Source: Pseudomonadota bacterium (GTDB lineage Bacteria; Bdellovibrionota_B; Oligoflexia; Oligoflexales; CAIMVM01). From it: DNA of 10,161 bases. The position numbers and the translations under genes are program-made. Below the pieces are notes generated by a model. The model saw only the letters and a list, made by a program, of their open reading frames with translations. It was not told the DNA's origin and searched no databases. Numbering within the stretch: the first letter of the stretch is position 1; every line of letters begins with the position of its first letter. This document shows positions 7,389-10,161 of this stretch, in pieces. Location of the stretch: contig JBAXBA010000110.1 in NCBI GenBank assembly GCA_037142195.1, forward strand, positions 1 through 10,161. Direction: 5' to 3'.

Positions 7389-8503
7389 GGTCAAGATAAG
7401 CCCTACTCATGCTCTGGCATCTACTACAAGCGCTTTGATGGAGTCACTAAAAAATTAATCGGAATGAAACCAAGACCATTTTTAATGTAAATAACAAATC
7501 CTATTTTGATGAAAGTAAGAATTTAGATGCGAACACAGATGACATTTCACTCGCTAAAGTACGCGAATTCTATAAATCAGCAGGAATCAAATACGAAGTC
7601 ACAGAGGAAAATTTACCGAATATATTAAAGAGTTTAAACCTCATGAAAGACAATTCCATAAACAATGCTGGAGTACTCTTTTTTGCAGAGAAAATGGATC
7701 CATTTTTCCTTCATTCTCAAACTATGCTGCTTGCCTTTAAAGATTATGAAGGAGTCACTATATTTGATAGAAAAGAAGTTCGTGGTGACCTCATCTCTCA
7801 GTTCCAAGAGGCAGATTTCTTCTTAAAAAAGCATATGAGTCTTCAAGGAGTCATAGAAGGTACGAAAAGACGCAATGTTTATGAAGTCCCACAAGAGGCC
7901 TGGCGAGAGGCCATCGCCAACGCCATCATTCATAGAGACTACAGAATGACCGGAACAAGCATGCAGGTGAGAGTATTTCCAAATCGAATTGAAGTGATTA
8001 GCCCTGGGCGCCTGCCAGAGGGTATAACTCCAGAAAATGTTGGCGATATATCTTCCCGTAGAAATGAAATCATCGCGGACATGTTTGCAAGACTGGATGT
8101 CATAGAGAAGGCAGGCACAGGAATCCTCCGAATTAGGAAGGCTATGCGGGAAGAAGGACTTAAGCCTCCCGTATTTGAAACTAAGGCGGACTTTTTCAAA
8201 GTTACTCTATACAGGCCCCATGGAACACAAACATCAGAGGCCCGAAAAGCAGAATCTCCGACAAAAAAGGCCAAGAAAGATATAGCAAAAAAGACCAAGA
8301 TAAAGACAAATCAAGAAAGTGCTGCTGATAAAATTTTGGATCTCATAAAAGAAAGACCCAAGATCACTAGAAAAGAAATCGCGGAAGCTTTGGGCGGAAT
8401 TACTCCGGATGGCGTCAAATACCATTTAAATAAATTGGTGGCCGGCGGAAAGATCAAAAGAATTGGGCTCACAAAAAATGGCCACTGGGAGGTCTGTAGT
8501 TAG
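7389..8503 (+). pseudogene. 5'-truncated, frameshifted AlbA_2(Schlafen)-HATPase_c_4 (RecG-C-like)-winged-HTH ATP-binding protein; intact portion is ORF 7643-8503
   Basis: AWREAIANAIIHRDY, RIEVISPG.LP, RRNEIIADMF..L..IEKAGTGI and a C-terminal wHTH ending G.TK.GHWEV. The frame is open from 7451 without a start (SYFDE...DISLAKVREF...ILKSLNL). GQDKPYSCSGIYYKRFDGVTKKL, resembling the end of an AlbA_2 domain, is in another frame at 7389-7457. Confidence 0.8.
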
Positions 8504-8540
8504 ATCCTATAAAACTTTAGGTTTCCGTAACAAATAGTAT

Positions 8541-9359
8541 TTAGAGCCACTGCCTTCCGTTGGGAAGGTATTTGGAATCCATAGTGGGCATGAAAAAAGA
8601 TAATTTGTCGGCGAATAAGTTAAAGTAAACAATATGTCTTACCGCCGCTACGCCGTCTTTCCAGGTGATTTTCTTTCCTTCGAGGTAGTTTCTAGGGTAG
8701 TAGGAAATGGGATACTCATGAACTTTAACCTTCAGGCGCGCTATTTTTGCTGTTACCTCCGGTTCAAAACCAAATCTGGAAGATTCTAGACGAATGTTTT
8801 TGATAATGTCTGTTTTGAAGAACTTGTAACAAGTCTCCATATCGGTCAAATAGAGTCCGGATAAGAAATTGCTGAGTGTGGTCAAAAATCGATTGATTAA
8901 GTAATGAAACGTCCTGTGAACCTGGGGGGCGCTTTTTTTAAACCTGGATCCGAAGACTACATCTACTTTTCCTTCAATAAGCGGCTCCAAAAGGCTCGCT
9001 ATATCGTCAGGATCGTACTCAAAATCTGCATCCTGAACTCCGGTAAAGTCACCACTCGCCAGTGCAAAGCCGGATCTTAAGGCGGCACCTTTGCCCTCGT
9101 TTTTAGACTTAAATTCCATTTTATATTTTGACTGAAAGGAAAAATTCTTAAGGATCTGGGGCGAGTTGTCTTTTGAGCAGTCGTCCACAAAAATCAGCTC
9201 TTTCTCAATGGGGAGCTCAAGACTGTCGATTTTCTTTAAGAAATCTTCAAGGTGGCCAGCTTCGTTGTATATAGGAATAATCAAAGAGACTTTTTTAGGG
9301 GAGCTAGTTGATGGATTAGACAAAAAAACCTCAAAAAATGAAATTATAGACTCACTCAC
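8541..9359 (-). CDS. GT2 glycosyltransferase, DPM1/GtrB/ArnC-like (polyprenyl-phosphate sugar synthase type)
   Basis: VSLIIPIYNE, VDDCSKD, GKGAALRSG, QDAD.EY.P, GSRF, TDMETCYK, FGFEPE, EGKKITWKDG. The likely start is TTG at 9323 (GAGG 5 nt upstream) rather than GTG at 9359. Confidence 0.92.
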   Translation of the reverse strand: MSESIISFFEVFLSNPSTSSPKKVSLIIPIYNEAGHLEDFLKKIDSLELPIEKELIFVDDCSKDNSPQILKNFSFQSKYKMEFKSKNEGKGAALRSGFALASGDFTGVQDADFEYDPDDIASLLEPLIEGKVDVVFGSRFKKSAPQVHRTFHYLINRFLTTLSNFLSGLYLTDMETCYKFFKTDIIKNIRLESSRFGFEPEVTAKIARLKVKVHEYPISYYPRNYLEGKKITWKDGVAAVRHIVYFNLFADKLSFFMPTMDSKYLPNGRQWL

Positions 9360-9574
9360 ATATCCAGTTCTATAAGGTCTCGTGGATCTTAAACAGATTC
9401 CCTTCAGGACCTACCTGGGTGGCATGCCTTCTCAGATACTCTAACACTTCAGGCTTTTTACAGTAATCGTTTTTTAAATGGGCATAATATTTGATATGAA
9501 GACCAGAAATCATGCTGGAAATCGTCTCGTCAGGGTAGGGCGAGGCCGCTCACTCGTCCAAGAGATGTTTTTTT

Positions 9575-9742
9575 TCAGTTGGGCTCTAGGGACTTTGTGT
9601 CCTCAATTTCTTGCTTCCCTATGCCGTGTTCCTCAAGTGAGTCAATTAGGTTGAGAGTGACGGATTGGGTTTGATCTTCGACAAAGCGACAGCCTTCAAC
9701 CTTCAAGCGAATGAGCCCAGAGTTTTCCGCCCATTGTATCAA
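9575..9742 (-). pseudogene. Truncated RES-domain toxin (N-terminal 55 aa or so only)
   Basis: RFVEDQTQSVTLNLIDSLEEH....EIEDTK resembles the RES N-terminus pattern R.VESQ...AT..LVD.LEEQ..LE..LE.SKP. It overlaps the 3' end of the Xre antitoxin and stops at 9575. The expected TPFRY/GSRF motifs were not seen downstream. Start uncertain (9742 TTG or 9763). Confidence 0.7.
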
Positions 9743-10079
9743 GGTAGTTTGTGACATCTGCAAGTCCCATCAAGGTTTGTGCAAGCTCAAACGGCACACC
9801 GCCAAGATCACTATTGTCGCTGTAAAACCATTCCTTAGCGTTTTCGGCGTCTCCGGCAAGGTGTATTAGCGAGCCATACATACGCAAGAATATGAGTAAA
9901 ATCTCGCGGCTTTTCTTATCTGAAGGTAGGCTTCCATTTTTCATCCGAGAAATTGAGGCTTCGCTAAAACCCGTAATTTTTTCAATATCCGCTCCGCTGA
10001 GCCCAAGGTTATTGGCGGCGCGTAGAAATGCCTTATTGAGAACCTCGTCTCGGGCGGTGGTGGCTTCTGACTGTGTCAT
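9696..10079 (-). CDS. Xre/MbcA/ParS-type antitoxin (DUF2384-like), 127 aa
   Basis: VLNKAFLRAANNLGLS...I.G.SEASISR HTH, then FLRMY.SL..L.G....AKEW....N..LGGVP.EL..T.MGL.DV..YLD.M.G. RBS GGAGGG upstream; followed by a RES remnant. Confidence 0.9.
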   Translation of the reverse strand: MTQSEATTARDEVLNKAFLRAANNLGLSGADIEKITGFSEASISRMKNGSLPSDKKSREILLIFLRMYGSLIHLAGDAENAKEWFYSDNSDLGGVPFELAQTLMGLADVTNYLDTMGGKLWAHSLEG

Positions 10080-10161
10080 TTTCTACCCTCCGTTTCATGT
10101 GATAGATGATCTTACCCGGTAAAAACGGACACGAGCCTATTCAACTATCATAAACTCTTCT

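Noticed and set aside
7446..7460. Programmed -1 ribosomal frameshift
   Set aside because: The in-frame heptamer is T_AAA_AAA, not a canonical X_XXY_YYZ. There is no downstream stimulatory structure, and the upstream domain is truncated anyway.
7939..10122. ORFs 7939-8298, 8234-8425, 9166-9375, 9892-10122
   Set aside because: Opposite-strand shadows of recognisable genes.

Overview
Bacterial accessory region with two interleaved themes. (1) A surface-glycan modification locus: class I SAM methyltransferase, two GT2 glycosyltransferases and a multi-pass GT-C (ArnT/PMT-like) transferase on + (493-4738), plus a convergent DPM1/GtrB-like GT2 on - (8541-9359). (2) A cluster of toxin-antitoxin modules and gene relics within and beside it. 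These are a divergent RelE/HigB-like + XRE pair (4759-5648, -), a DUF4160-like + BrnA-like pair (6677-7226, +), a 5'-truncated and frameshifted AlbA_2/HATPase_c_4/wHTH gene (about 7389-8503, +), and an Xre/MbcA/ParS antitoxin followed by a truncated RES toxin (9575-10079, -). A 12-bp tandem repeat (5846-5995) looks like the fossil linker of a second AlbA-type gene, and three short-loop GC-rich hairpins (7259-7383) mark the truncation junction. The window opens in the 3' end of an IS200/IS605-family tnpA. All family assignments come from motifs recognised by eye; no searches were run.
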